From Lama glama (lineage: Eukaryota): 64,000 nucleotides of DNA. The notes under the pieces were generated by a model that saw only the letters and a list, made by a program, of their open reading frames with translations, was not told where the DNA came from and searched no databases. A program made the position numbers and the translations under genes. Shown one piece after another: positions 1 through 12,565 of this stretch. Each line of letters starts with the position of its first letter. Position 1 is the first letter of the stretch. The stretch lies in contig CM052819.1 of the NCBI GenBank assembly GCA_028534125.1, forward strand, positions 53,816,001-53,880,000, in the 5' to 3' direction.

Positions 1-2414
1 TCCCAATTGCTGCTTATGCACCTAAAAACTTGGCCCTTCTTTCAAAAGAGCCATACCAAGTATTTGGCTAAATTCTAATGTTCAGGAGTTAGGGTCATGT
101 TGGACAATTTTTATTCCTTTTTTAAAAAGGGCAGAGCAGTAGAGAGAATGTGGCTGAGGCTCATTTGCTAAGCTCCTAGGAGTTAAGAAACAAAGTCCCT
201 GGGGCCACATTGTTCCGGAAGCTGATCCCCTGAGACCTCCACAGTTACATTCAGCCTGCCTAAGCCCATTAGCCTGCAGTTTTACAAGTTATTTGGTAGC
301 ACAAATTGGAGCCTTCCCCAGCATGATACAAACCCAAATGCCCTCCTTCAAAACTTTCCTGGGCTAAGTTTAAGTGAAAATCAGCTGACATCAGCTAGCA
401 TCACAGATGGGTTGCCAGGCAACTAAAACACAGCCAGGGGCTGAGACGAAAAAAAAAAATTCAACTGTACACTTGGGCTGTAGGCATCGGTTCCAACAAG
501 TGCCATCTCTGAACCGATCCAAGGATTTTTGTATAATTACAGGATATTTTTGTGATAGCAAGTGTCTCCGGCTGTTAAGCTATTAGCAAATTATCCAAAA
601 CCATGAGTGGGAACAAAAGAAAGACTGAACACATACCACCGAGCTTGTCAGCGGCAGAGAAAAGGAGGGATGGAGAAATACAGCTCATTCCCTTGGGTGG
701 GTCTCTTCTTTTCAGGGAAGCACTGGCATATGATTGCTCTTAAAAACACAAAGTAAAACTGCCTCCTGGCTGCCTCTCTTGGAACTGATTCTTTGATTTC
801 AGTTTATTGCATAGTTTCTACTTAAGACCTTAATATTACTATTTTAGATCGGTACTGGGGCCGCAGTTTAAGGATTGACTTCCAGGTCATCCATCCACAA
901 TCAGTTCTTTGCTGATTGTCTTTAGAATGTCAAGTAACTCTGTCCCTGACTTCCTTATCTCCTAGTGAATAAAACTTTATCACATTCTGCTGAATTCAAA
1001 TTACTAACCTCCATCACTCAAACATATAAGGCCCCACGAGTAACACCAGAGCCCAAGAACTAAGTATCATTTGTCTTTTCTCACCTTCACAGCTTTACTC
1101 GAGTACATATATGAGTATTCAAGTAGGGTGTAATAAATACTAAGCAGATAAGTGAAATTAGCACTTGGATAGATTCCTTAAAAAAAAAAAGAACTCTTAA
1201 CACTGTTGAAGCAATAAAGATTATCAAAGAGGTAGAACTTTAATGTCTTGTAATTAAAGCTGCAGAATAAATTGTATCTCTTTCTACGTCTTTGACTGTG
1301 TATATAAAAAAGATTTCTATGTAGATAAAATTGACCTGAATATCTCAATAATATTCATTGTTTTGTAAAAAAGTGTTATCTTTTTCACTTCAACTCACGT
1401 GGCACACCAGTAACACTGCCTCATCATGGCAGTGATTCTTAATGGTAGGACGGGTACCAAATGGGATGGTTTTGACAAAGCCCTTCTGTGATTCTGATAC
1501 ATTCCCTAGGGTAGCAGTCTCTTTGGTTGCTAATAAACAATATAAAACCTTCCTATAAAAATATTGATTTATGCTTCAACTATTTTTGTTAAGCTTACTC
1601 AATATTCTGAGCAACATTCTGAGAAGTAGGTGTGACCACCTTCCTCTAACAAAGTCACCAATCTATGGGATTTATAATGACTTCCATTTGGGGAGAGTTT
1701 TCACATTTTCTTCATTCACAGCCAAAAATCATCCATAGAAGTCCCTGACTTGACAGGTGAAAAACTGAAGTTCAGAATGGAGGACTAACTCAGTCAAGGT
1801 CACACAGCCCTAGTGACAGACGAACAACATTGTCTTATTCCCACAATCGTTGTGAAGGTCAGGATGGCACGTGCATACTGTGATCTGTCTGACAACGACC
1901 TGACCTGACACGAATGCAGGATGGCTGGGAAGGGAAGTAGCTGAGGTCTCAAGGCCCAGTGCCAGCTTTGCACTTCTGTTGGTCAAAGCTTTAGTGTGAC
2001 CTTGGACAGGCAAGCAGAACATGCCTGATCATCCACATTTTTCGGAAGGAGGAATGCACCTGATCTGTCTCACAAGAAGCTATTTATATTCTCAAATAAA
2101 CACTCTAAGACACAGAAAATACAGAAGTAAGGCACCAGAGGAGCTTCCCAGCTTTTCAATAATCTGCTTAGTGATCACTAATATTATCACATAATATGTT
2201 TTATAAGTCAGAATCTGTTTTACTTGGCATAACTTCTGAGACAGCTGCATGTAATTTGATTTAAACCTTTTAGAGAACTGATCAATCCATGTTATGGGAA
2301 TGACCTATGGACCAAATATATATAGTACTAGGAATGATTCAAAAGATGCCTCCTCCAAGAAGTCTTCCTTGATTGTTCCTCATTTTGACACTAATATTGT
2401 ATGCAAGGACATTG

Positions 2415-2600
2415 AAGTCGGAGGAAGACAGTCTTAGGTTTGACTCTTGGGTTTGTCATTTCCTACTTGTCAGCCTGACAAGTTAATTTAACCTAAGCGT
2501 CCAATTCCTCATCTATTTAAAAGGAACAAATAAAGCCATAAAACTGCACTAATAGGGTTGATATGAAATGTCTAAGCACATAGTAGAGGCTTAGCTCATT
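2415..2600 (+). mobile_element. MIR SINE fragment
   Basis: Degenerate MIR core (caattcctcatctatttaaaagg) and tail (taagcacatagtagaggcttag). Confidence 0.6.
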
Positions 2601-3003
2601 TTCCCCGTATAGTCTTCCCTTTCTCCACCATCTATAAAACTGGATTAGCCAAACACCTATTCCCCAGAGCTGATAATCTACCTAACATCTCTAAGCACAT
2701 GTAAGGCATACAAAACGTGTGATATGAAGGGAAACAAAGGGAGTATCCTCTCCCGCAGCCACACCCAGACTGAAGCGAGCCCAGGGACGCCTCCTCTGGT
2801 GGCTGCCGCCGTGCAGCCTGGCAAGCAGAGGGCGGGCTGGACCCCAGCCCTTTCTTGTGCCCTCAGAACAAGTGCCCTGTAAAACCAACAACCCACACAC
2901 CCCTGTGCAGGGTCCTGATCTGAATTCTTACCTTTGCACTTTCTATACCTATAACCGCAGTGGGCTGTATTCATCGTCCCACTTTAATGAGATAACAACA
3001 TAA

Positions 3004-3128
3004 AGCACTTGGCAGAGTAACTGGCAAAGAGGGTCCTTAAAAGAAAGACGCTGTCACAGTCAATAGCACTTGGCATAGTAACTGGCAAAGAGGGTCCTTA
3101 AAAGAAAGACGCTGTCACAGTCAATAGC
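3004..3128. repeat. Tandem duplication, 2 x 61 bp
   Basis: 3004-3064 and 3065-3125 are identical except one base (3015 g / 3076 t). Confidence 0.95.
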
Positions 3129-3454
3129 GTCCATGAGCCCCTGTGGCCAAGGTTTCCTTATAGCTTGGCTAACACAGACCTTGGGGTCAGAAGGCGGCTG
3201 CTTACTGAGCGCATCGTCTGGTTCAGTCAACTTGAATACTTCATCAACCATAACCACGGGATTTTGAAGGTAATATGGAATAGTGTCAGCATATCTTTAT
3301 AAAATCCTTTACTAATAATCCAAAACTCAGGTTGCGGGGGGGAAAAGCCTCTCGAATCTTTCATTGTTTTCTTTCTTAAAAATTAAAACTAAAGTTCTAA
3401 AAATTGGTGAGCTTTGCCAAAGTTTACTCAGCTATTTTGAACAGAATGAACATG

Positions 3455-3640
3455 AGTTACACCTGGATTCAAGTCCGACTCATCCAGGACCATCATAATT
3501 AAGCACTCTGGGCTTCAGTTTCCTTAAATGGAATTGGGGAATAACAGCTAAAAGTTTGTTGGGTGGCTACGGGGATAAAATAAGAAAATACACACCAGGT
3601 TACTTAGCGTGTGGTCTGGTACTTACTTGGCAGTCAATAA
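3455..3640 (+). mobile_element. MIR SINE fragment
   Basis: ctctgggcttcagtttccttaaatggaattggggaataa core and cagtcaataaa tail. Confidence 0.6.
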
Positions 3641-4413
3641 ACAGGGTTCTGGGCAGGTGCATGTACCCACATTACCAATATACTTTTCCCATCTAATAAG
3701 TTTTGCCCTTTTCTACTTTTAGGTCTTAGGCTAGTTTAAAAACTCGTGGTTTCTGCCAATGAGGGCTTATTGGCAAGACTCAAAGGAGTGTCTCATTAGC
3801 CCCACCTAGCTGCCTCTCACAGCTACGACAGGGAATGAAAGCTAGTTGTTAATTTACAAAAGGAGTGATCATTTTAGATGGCTCATTCTTGAAGGACAAA
3901 AACAGTAGCAAGTGAAAAGCAAGAGTGATGCCAATACGGTATCAAATGGCTACATAAAAATACAGAACTATATCAGTGATGACCAGATTACCTCTCCTGA
4001 TCTTCAGAAGCAATAACCTTCTAATGGACATGTTCAGAATTAAGTCAAATGGACCCTCATTCAGCTTTGCCTGTGACCCAGCTGAGTCTGGTTTCCATTT
4101 CTTTCTCATTTGGGGATGTACAGGAAAACTACTTACTTACCCTGAAGCTAGAAAGCTGGGTCTGATAGGGGGTTTAATAGGGGGTGCGGTCTAAATTTTG
4201 GAAGAGGAATAATGATGGAAGCCAAGTCTGAGAAATTGCAAGGATGGAGGTAGGATTCAAAACTCAGGTTTGATTTATTCATACACATGCCCCATAAGCA
4301 TCAGCGCCTCCTCTGAGCCAGAAGTACACGAGATACTGAAGACCCAATGGTGGAGAGAAACACCCAGTCCCCACTGCATAATGCTTCTCATGGAGTGAGA
4401 AAGCCAGACACAC

Positions 4414-4815
4414 TGTATCAATCAGCATAGATGCAGTTGTGCTGAGTAACAAACCTAAAACCTTAGTGACTTAAAAACAACAAAGTCTTATTGTTCATTC
4501 AGGTTACACAACCATCAGGGGTTGTTGGCTGGGGCTCTTCTTCCTTCATCCAGGACTCAGGTGGAGGGAACGACCCTCATCTAGAAATTTATGCTCCCTC
4601 TACTAGAGGAAAAGATCCCTGAGGATCTCTTTTCAGCAGCTAAATGCTCTGATCTGGGAATGACAAATACCATTTTCATTCACACACCCCTGGCCAAAAC
4701 GAGTCACACAGCTCCCCCTCCCCGCCAACCCCAGGGAAGAAGGCACGGTTCTGCCTCGTGCTGGGAAGGCGGAGAGCCAGGAATATCTGATACGTGGCAC
4801 AAACAACTCCCACGC
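4414..4815 (-). mobile_element. ERVL-MaLR solo LTR (old MLT1J/K-like)
   Basis: Starts tgtatcaatcag...gtaacaaacctaaaaccttagtgacttaaaaacaacaaa, the reverse complement of the MLT1 3' end; later ggccaaaacgagtcacac motif. Confidence 0.7.
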
Positions 4816-4914
4816 TAATCAAATGATCACACGCTAATGAACATGTAATTACAAGCTGAGAGAGTAACACTGAAGGAAGTGAACAGAGGTCCTAGCCAAA
4901 ACAGAAGAGGGCAG

Positions 4915-5175
4915 AAGTGCAAACTGTTTAGCCTGGAGGATGGCAAATTAACGAAGGCCATGGGATCCGCTGTCAAATATTTGATGAGCTGTCCCGCTAA
5001 AGACGAAATGGACTTTATCTACATGATCTCAATCAGTAGAAGGTGTGTAGAGAGAAAAAAGAATAGTCTAATCTGTAAATGAAAGTCCCTCCTGTCTGGC
5101 AGAGTTCTCTAACAGCGCTGCCTGTGGAGGGGGTGCATTTCCTGTCCTCAGAGGTGATCCACCAGCCTCTTCAGC
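4915..5175 (+). mobile_element. CR1/L3 LINE 3' fragment
   Basis: Translation LFSLEDGKLTKAMGSAVKYLMSC resembles the CR1 ORF2 C-terminal motif LFSLEKRRLRGDMIAVFKYLKGC. Confidence 0.65.
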
Positions 5176-5599
5176 AGGGATGAAGACTGAAAATACAAAC
5201 ATGTGGTGGAGTCTGAGCATTGATGTCTGGGGCTGCCCATCACCACAGCCTACCACCGACCCCAGACATCCAAGACACAGACTCCTGCCGCCACCTGTGA
5301 CCGTCCAACGTGGGCCCCGTCACAGGCGCAGTAAGATTCCAAGGGAGCATTTCGCCCCACTGCGGGCTACCGCTCTTCTCTCTCGTCTGGTTTAGTCTGT
5401 GTCACGTCTCATCTGCCGCCCAGGTACAGTCACGTCCTCCAATCAATTCTGCCATTTTTAAAAGGAAAGATCACAGTACTAGCAATAAAACACAGAAACA
5501 AAAGAAGGACTGACTTTACAGAGCACATGTTCGAGGTACGTGCATTTCAGGTCAAGCGCCCTCAGAGAAGGACACAGCTTTCTGACTCTACTGTGCATT

Positions 5600-5790
5600 A
5601 AGGCAGAGGCTGAACGTCTCACCCATGCCATTTCATTCTATCCTCTTGGCACTTTCAAGGAGGTAGTCTTGTCCCCATTTCACAGGTGAGGAAATCAAGA
5701 AACTTAACAGTCAAGTAATTGTTCATGGCCCTTGAAAATTCAAGCTCATTCCATATTCTTCTCACTAGCCCACGATGCTTTCCAGCATTA
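5600..5790 (-). mobile_element. MIR SINE fragment
   Basis: ccccatttcacaggtgaggaaatc matches the reverse MIR core. Confidence 0.65.
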
Positions 5791-6130
5791 AAAGGGCTCT
5801 CCGAGAGAATAAATACTTTAACACCTTTGGGCATTTAAAATTGCCATGTGAAACACTATCAGAAATAGGGGAAGCTTACTTCTCTATCTAAAAATAAAAC
5901 AAATTCTGTCTTGGAGTGGGATGATTTTTAAAGCAGATTAAAAGCTTATTTTAGCCATCCCTGGGGAATGAAGTATTATGAGCAAAATGGGTCAAGGATT
6001 ATAAGAAAGACTATAAATGACTCTAAAAAAAAAAGTGAATAGTGCTGTGACACACAGCTATGTGTGCATGCACATGTGTGTGAAGCAGACTCAACCCCTA
6101 GACAATTCTAAAAGAGCATTCCACAGGTGG

Positions 6131-6517
6131 TTTTTTCTAAATTGAAGTATATTTGATCTAAAATGCTGTGTTAGTTTCTGGTATACAACATAGTGATTTA
6201 GCTATATATATGTGTGTATATATATATATTCTTTTTCAACATAGGTAATTATAAGATATTGAATATAGTTCCCTGTGCTATAAAGTAGAACCCTGTTGTT
6301 TATCTATTTTATAGAGAGTAGTTTGTATCTGCTAATCCCAAACTCCTAATTTATTTGTCCCCCTTTCCTCTTTGGTAACCATGTTTGTTTTCCATGTCTG
6401 TGAGCCTGTTTCTGTTTTGTAAATAAGTTCATTTATAACTTTTTTTTAGATTCCACATATCAGTGATATCATACAATATTTGTCTTTCTCTGTCTGACTT
6501 ACTTCACTTAGTATGAT
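6131..6517 (-). mobile_element. 5'-truncated L1 (cetartiodactyl-type 3' UTR)
   Basis: atatagttccctgtgctata...gtttgtatctgctaatcccaaactcc...tagattccacatatcagtgatatcat...ctgacttacttcacttagtatga; flanked by a degenerate TSD cacaggtggttttt / cacaagtgttttt. Confidence 0.9.
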
Positions 6518-7149
6518 CACAAGTGTTTTAATTATAGCAGCATCCTTGGAATTCTTTCAAGCCACCAAGACAAACTCTGAAAATGTCCCTATATATTCAA
6601 TGCATATGCATAGTTAAATTTGCTTATTTTAATCCAACAGCAAAGCCTGAATTTTAAAGTCATATCCCCTAAGTTTCTACTACTCGACTGGGGAGGCAGA
6701 CGGAAGGTGGCCAAGAACATCATTACCAAAGGAAATACTAACCACAAAGCCAGAGGCTCTTACTGAGTTCTGAAGCAAGAAAGTCTTTTTCCTTTGTGGA
6801 CAGAGCAGAATCTATCAGAGTTTCTTTTCGCCTCTGTGCAAAACTTAACTCTGCACACTGAGCCACGGGGAAAGAAACATGAAGAATTCTGTGCCTTCTC
6901 TAAAACAAGACAAAACAAAACAAAACCAACAAAAAAACCCAACTGTATCTGCAATAAGAGACATTCCCCCTTGTGACCCAGCAGCCTGAGAAAATGTCAC
7001 AGATGATTAAAAAGGGGCCCTATTAGCTGGGGTCTCCTCTACACTCAGAGTTGCTACATTAGCTCAAAGGTAATTGCAATTTATATAAAGAAGTCCCATT
7101 GAAAGGATTTCAGATCCGTCATTGGCTAGCAAAAATCCTGTCTTAAAAC

Positions 7150-7380
7150 TCGTTTACTTTGGAAATTTTCAAACATACAGAATTGCAGAGATCACAGTAT
7201 GATGAATCGTCAGGTGCCCGCCACTCAGCTTCATCAGGCTTGCCATTCTCGTTTCACTTATTCCCTCATTTTCCGGTTGTAATACTTTAAAGAAAATCAC
7301 TTCTAGATATTTCTCTGACAAAGCCCTTTTTAAACTGTAACCACCATTCTTGTATCTAAAGAAGATTAAAAGTAATTACT
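7150..7380 (-). mobile_element. Old L1M (L1MC/ME-like) 3' fragment
   Basis: ggaaattttcaaacatacagaattgcagagatcacagtatgatgaa...ccactcagcttca matches old L1 3' ends. Confidence 0.55.
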
Positions 7381-7424
7381 TATTATTACTCTGATTGACT
7401 TCACTTGATTTTACCTTTCTCCTA

Positions 7425-7457
7425 GTGCGTGTGTGTGTGCTCGCGCGTGCGCGTGCA
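7425..7457. repeat. Alternating purine-pyrimidine (GT/GC) tract
   Basis: gtgcgtgtgtgtgtgctcgcgcgtgcgcgtgca. Confidence 0.85.
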
Positions 7458-10400
7458 GCAGTGCTGGACAGGTTCATCTCTGCTCATAATTCTGGATGAA
7501 ATCACATCACCTCCGATGTGTAACTGGCCATGAGAACAGAAGCACAAGCCAGTGACAGTGAATGGTGTGTTATTCCCCACGTCAAGTTACAGATCTAGCA
7601 CATGTGTCTTATGGAACTAGATCTGGGCCCTGTTCTCAAGTTGAGCTCCTCAGCCTTCTCTGATCAGTGAGCCTGTTGTCCAGGGCATTTATACAGGTAG
7701 CACTTTGTCTATTCACTTATCCCTTTGTTGGTATTCAAATTCTTCTCATTTCCCAAAGGGCATTTTAAAACCGCTTCCAACACCTGAGAACTTTGGAAAG
7801 ATGGAAAGTCGCTCATATACTTAGAGACAGACATCTCTTTCTCAAACTACAAACAACAGCAACAACAGAACCCAATGGGGACTAAGGATTGAGGAGAGAA
7901 AGTAAAAAAAAAAAAAAAAAAAAAAAAGGTAAGTTTGTCTTCCCAGTTTACTGTAGAAACCAATTTTCAGAGAGGAGCTTTAATCAAGTAGACCCACCTT
8001 ATTCCTGTATAAAAAGTCTCAAGACAAATTCAAAGACCAAAATAATATTTTCTTTCAGCCTCTGTTTGGGATCATTCTGCCTTTGTTCCTCTAAGCTGCA
8101 TGGGAAAAATTCTAAATCACGAATTTAACCTCTCCATTCATCGCCCTCCGCCCGTCCTTTCTTTAGTGCAGTGCTTATATCCATTGTCAGCTCTTTGTTA
8201 ACCTGTTGGTGTCCCTCTGTCTGATGACCTGTGCATCTCCTAACCTAACACAAGTTCAACGCATGTCAGCTGATGAATAATGAAACAGATGGTACTAACT
8301 AAAGATAGGGTCTACTGTCAGAGTGAGGTACTAGGACGGACAGTGTCAGGTTGACAGACATGATGAGACACTCCAGAGCCACTATACTTGCAAGCAAGGG
8401 ACTCCTGTTACACACGCAGCAGAGATGGAAGGGAAAGCTAGTAGCCTGTTAACAGCTGATCGTGAACTATATGGTAACTACCCAAAGGCATCTCCTCTTG
8501 CTTTCAGCCAGCAATCTTAGCCAGAGATTAGAAGGAAGGCTGCTATCTAGTTACAGTGTCATCTAAGATCACAGCCTAATACCTGATTTTTTAAAAAAGA
8601 TTATAACTGCATTTTTCCTTTGATGCACAAGAACAGACCAGGTAAATGAACAGATTCCACCTTACTAAGTAATTACCAATAACTGCCAGGAGATGGCGCC
8701 CACACTGCATTCGCTTACTAAGAGTTCCTGGATCCAAAGTCATAAAATCCTCCAATGAAAGCTCTGGAGAAATTGAGGCTTAGCAAGGGGCTAAGACTTG
8801 ATGAGATGACATTAAGGTACCAATAACGGCTTGTCTGCCCCGAGTGACTCAAAACTTTGTCTTTTGGTCTCCCAGAGGAAATCGCTTGGTTATTCAGGAG
8901 CTGACAGAATCCATCTAGACGGAGCCCAGACTGAAAAATGCTTTCTCTGGTCAGGCAACATGATTATCAATTGATTCTTAGAGCATACTGAAGACCCTGT
9001 CACAAAGCACAGTGTTTCAGCTCTCACTGGCTGCATCTGAGATAGAAAGATCACGAACACAGCTTCAGGAACCAGGGAAAAGGGAGCGAGAAGGCAGAGG
9101 AAACGGTTTTTGATGGTATGAGGCTTAAGGCACCACACTCTCTGCAAAACTGTTTCATTCTAACTACCAATAAACAGATACATCCAAAGATTTCAGGAGC
9201 CAAGATGCAACTAAATTTTTTTACCTGGCTCCAATCAATAACTCATCCAAATAAACGTTCATTTAAATTGTAAATAATTGTTAATTTACAATTAATTTGA
9301 AGCTTTCAATTTCCCAGAAAATAGTCACAATCATTTTCTCATTTGTTCCCAGCGATAATTCTGTGAAGAACACTGGAGTGTTCACTGCACAGGCGTGGAA
9401 ACAGACTCTTGGCGGCTAAGTGACCAGTCAAGATAACGGAACAAAACATCCGCAGAAATCTCTGGTCTAAACAAGATTAAAAATGAGTCTGCACACACAC
9501 AATTATTTTGAAAGAAGGAAGGGTATGTCATTTGGGTTCTTTACCAAGTTATCAGTCTGTTGCAGAGTGAGCAGAAAGAGAAAGAAAGGGCTCAAAATGT
9601 AAATTATTCTGTCTGCAAATAATAAAGGGCTCATTGCTCTTCTGGGGGCAGGTGGGGAGGGGTGGCAAGCTGTGGGTGGGAAGCCTGGAGGTCTCAGTTA
9701 TGCCTGGACTGACTGGGTGATTGACAAAATGCCCCGCTTTCTAAGCAAACACACATCATTCCTAGAAAGTAACCCGTCTTTATGTTTCAAATAATTAGAT
9801 ATCTAAAAATTACTAATTAATTTTCCAAGTAGCTCATTGCTGTATAGCTATTATTAATAATGACCCCTTTGTCTATATTGCCTTTACCTTCCTTTAAATT
9901 GTAAAAAAATGTTATTTCGAATACTAATACCCTCAATCAAGTTTCCAAACACTACAGCGGTATAACATCCTAAAAATCTGCTATTTCAAAAGATAACATC
10001 TCAGTTAACAAGTCTTAAAAGTCTTCCCATTGTATAAAGCTGGAACATTGCACGCAACCACACTCATCCCTATAATTTAAGGAAGGACTAGAGGAATCAA
10101 GTAACTGTTTCCAAGGAAAAGAGACGTGGGGGAAAAATACGGCCAGCCTGACAGACTAACAAAGAATCCACTTCTGAGCCACAATTGTCTACCTGGTAAT
10201 TACTTTCAGTGCCTGGATGAAAACATACTTTATTGTTTGAGCTTGAAAACGTTTACATCAAACGGAGTCAAACTTAAACAACTAGTCACAAAGCCCCGTG
10301 CAGAGGCTGAAATCTGCAGTTTACAAGCATGAGCAGATCATTCGAAAGAAGGTCAAATTATTGCAATGTTTTGAAATCCACGCCAGGACAATAAAAAAGG

Positions 10401-12191
10401 AAGAGTCAAAAAGTGAGTCTCTTCATGCTGACAGGCGAAAGTGATACTTTGAAAAATAATTCCTTTCTCCTACTTTTCCTCTCAGCATTTAAAAATATGG
10501 AGTAACCGCCAGCAGTGTGGGGACAAAACAGGAAATTCAATATTCTAGCCAGACATTGTAAACTAAAATGGTGGCTCAGAGAGATATAAAAGGGTTTGGT
10601 TTTTTTTTTTTTTTAACTTTATATACTGTTGAAGGCTGTTGTCTGAATCAGTTGCCAGTTCTGTAAGTCGGACTTCAGGGGGATGAAGCCGAGGTTGTCT
10701 GTCTGTACCCCACACAAAGAATGCGAATGAGTCATCGATTACCAGAGGCAGAACTGACTTCCAGTGTCACGTACTCCAACTGCCACGGGACAGGTCACGT
10801 TGCTAAGGCCCCGGGAGGAAAGGACACAGCCCAGCACCCAGCACAGGTACTGGGAAGACAGCCCTAGGTCCTGATCCTCCGTCCAGGGCTCTCTCCACTC
10901 CGAGTGGGGGTCACCAACCAAACAGCAGGAAAATATGGGTCCCATGTCCCACCCTAGAAGGACTGAAGCACAATCTCCAAGGAGATATGGGAATTTTAGA
11001 CTAGCAATTTTTAAATGCTTTTGCAAATGGAGACTGTCCGCTCTCTCCCTCAATTTCAAAGCAGACAGTCTAGCTGCATGGATTCAAGAAAGGCAGAGCC
11101 GTCAGGTTAGAGAAAGGGGTTCACTGGACCAGAGATTCTCCAAAATCTTGAAGAGGTGAGATTAGCTATTCCTCAAATCAGGAAAGCTACTTCGGTGGGA
11201 CTTTTGGAAATATGACAGTAATTGAGATTCAGGAAAGACAGGGCATCTCTCATGCCTTTGGGGGGCTGGGGGATTCATTTACACCTTCAACTTCCAAGTT
11301 ATGCAATTTGCTTTGAATGAAAAAGATCTATTTTTTCTAGATTTCTGCCTGTTAGTTTTTCATATCTTCTATCTCCCTCTGCCCATCAGATAGTGGTTGA
11401 TTTTTGTCCTCTATTCAATCTTAAGCTTGGACAAAGCAATTGTGTCATCAGCCAAGAATCCTTAAGGGCACACCCCCATCCTCTCTTGAGAGCACGTTAT
11501 ATGGGTCACTGTGAATCAGCTGTAAGGGTGGCTTGGCAGCCAAGCAACAAACCCGCGGTAACGGGCACAATTACAGCTCAGTCCTTGACATCAAAGAGCA
11601 CACCTTTTGGACAGAAGTCTACAATTGCCAAAGCTATCAATGCCTGGGAGGTGAATTTAGACAAGATGGATTTAATACACATAACCATATTCATGCTGTG
11701 TCCCTTCCAAAAATCCAGTGAAATTAGGTTTTACAGTAAAGTCGGGAAAAGACTAAATGACAAGCATTCTTTTAAAAGACGGTGCCCACTCAAGAGAGGC
11801 CATTAAAGGACTCACAGCCAAGTGCGGCGTGATCGTGAGATGCAGAGGTCTCATTTTAAGGTCGTTACAACAAAAATGACATTTGTGCACTGACCTAAGT
11901 CTTGTCACGAGAGAAAGTTTCAGATGGAAAATTTCGTAGTTTTATTTTAAAGAGGGAAGGGGTGGTCCAGGGAGAAACCCTCCAGCAAAACCACAGGATG
12001 TTTTCTGTCTTTCCACTAGAGGTCGTGCTTTCCTCATTTTTCTTTACAGTTGTTGGCCAGGCTCCAAATCAAAGGATGGCAGAAGGGCCTGAAGGTTGAA
12101 TAGAAATTTTTAAAATTCATACCTGATTTTACTGATACTATTTCAAAGTGAGTCAGAAATGGATTTGGGTTTCAGAAACAGTGTTCCTTAC

Positions 12192-12314
12192 CGGTAAATC
12201 CCAGATGCCCATTGCTGCTTGAAGCAATGCCTTTGAAGTGGTGGGATGGCATATGTTCACTGAGAAAATTCCATGGCTTCAGGATGAAAAAGGCATACGG
12301 GAAAGAAAGATACC
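12192..12314 (-). other. Candidate 123-nt exon
   Basis: Minus-strand acceptor caccttatctcttag|G and donor CCG|gtaagg; one frame open throughout. No homology recognised. Confidence 0.25.
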
Positions 12315-12344
12315 CTAAGAGATAAGGTGGGTGACGTGATGGGC

Positions 12345-12565
12345 AGATTATGAATTTAGGATATAGACAAGCTTGAATGTGAACACTAGCTTCATGATTT
12401 TATTACCTGTGTGACATCTGGGGAAGTGTCTCGACTTTCTGAAACTTTAGTTTCCTCATTAAAAAAAAAAATGAGGATAATAGCCTTGTGCAAGAGATGG
12501 TATTGTGAGACTTGACTGCAACAGTTACATAAAGCTCCCAATACAGTTTCTGGAACTTTGCAGAT
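12345..12565 (+). mobile_element. MIR SINE
   Basis: ctgtgtgacatctggggaagt...tttagtttcctcatt(a)n tgaggataatag. Confidence 0.7.

Noticed and set aside
3004-3128. Direct repeats as a CRISPR-like array
   Set aside because: Two abutting copies with no spacers, in mammalian DNA.
9266-9293. 10-bp inverted repeat aattgtaaat/atttacaatt
   Set aside because: Short and very AT-rich; plausible by chance in 64 kb.
11393-11806. 137-aa ORF in unique sequence
   Set aside because: GTG start, no recognisable motif and no convincing splice context.
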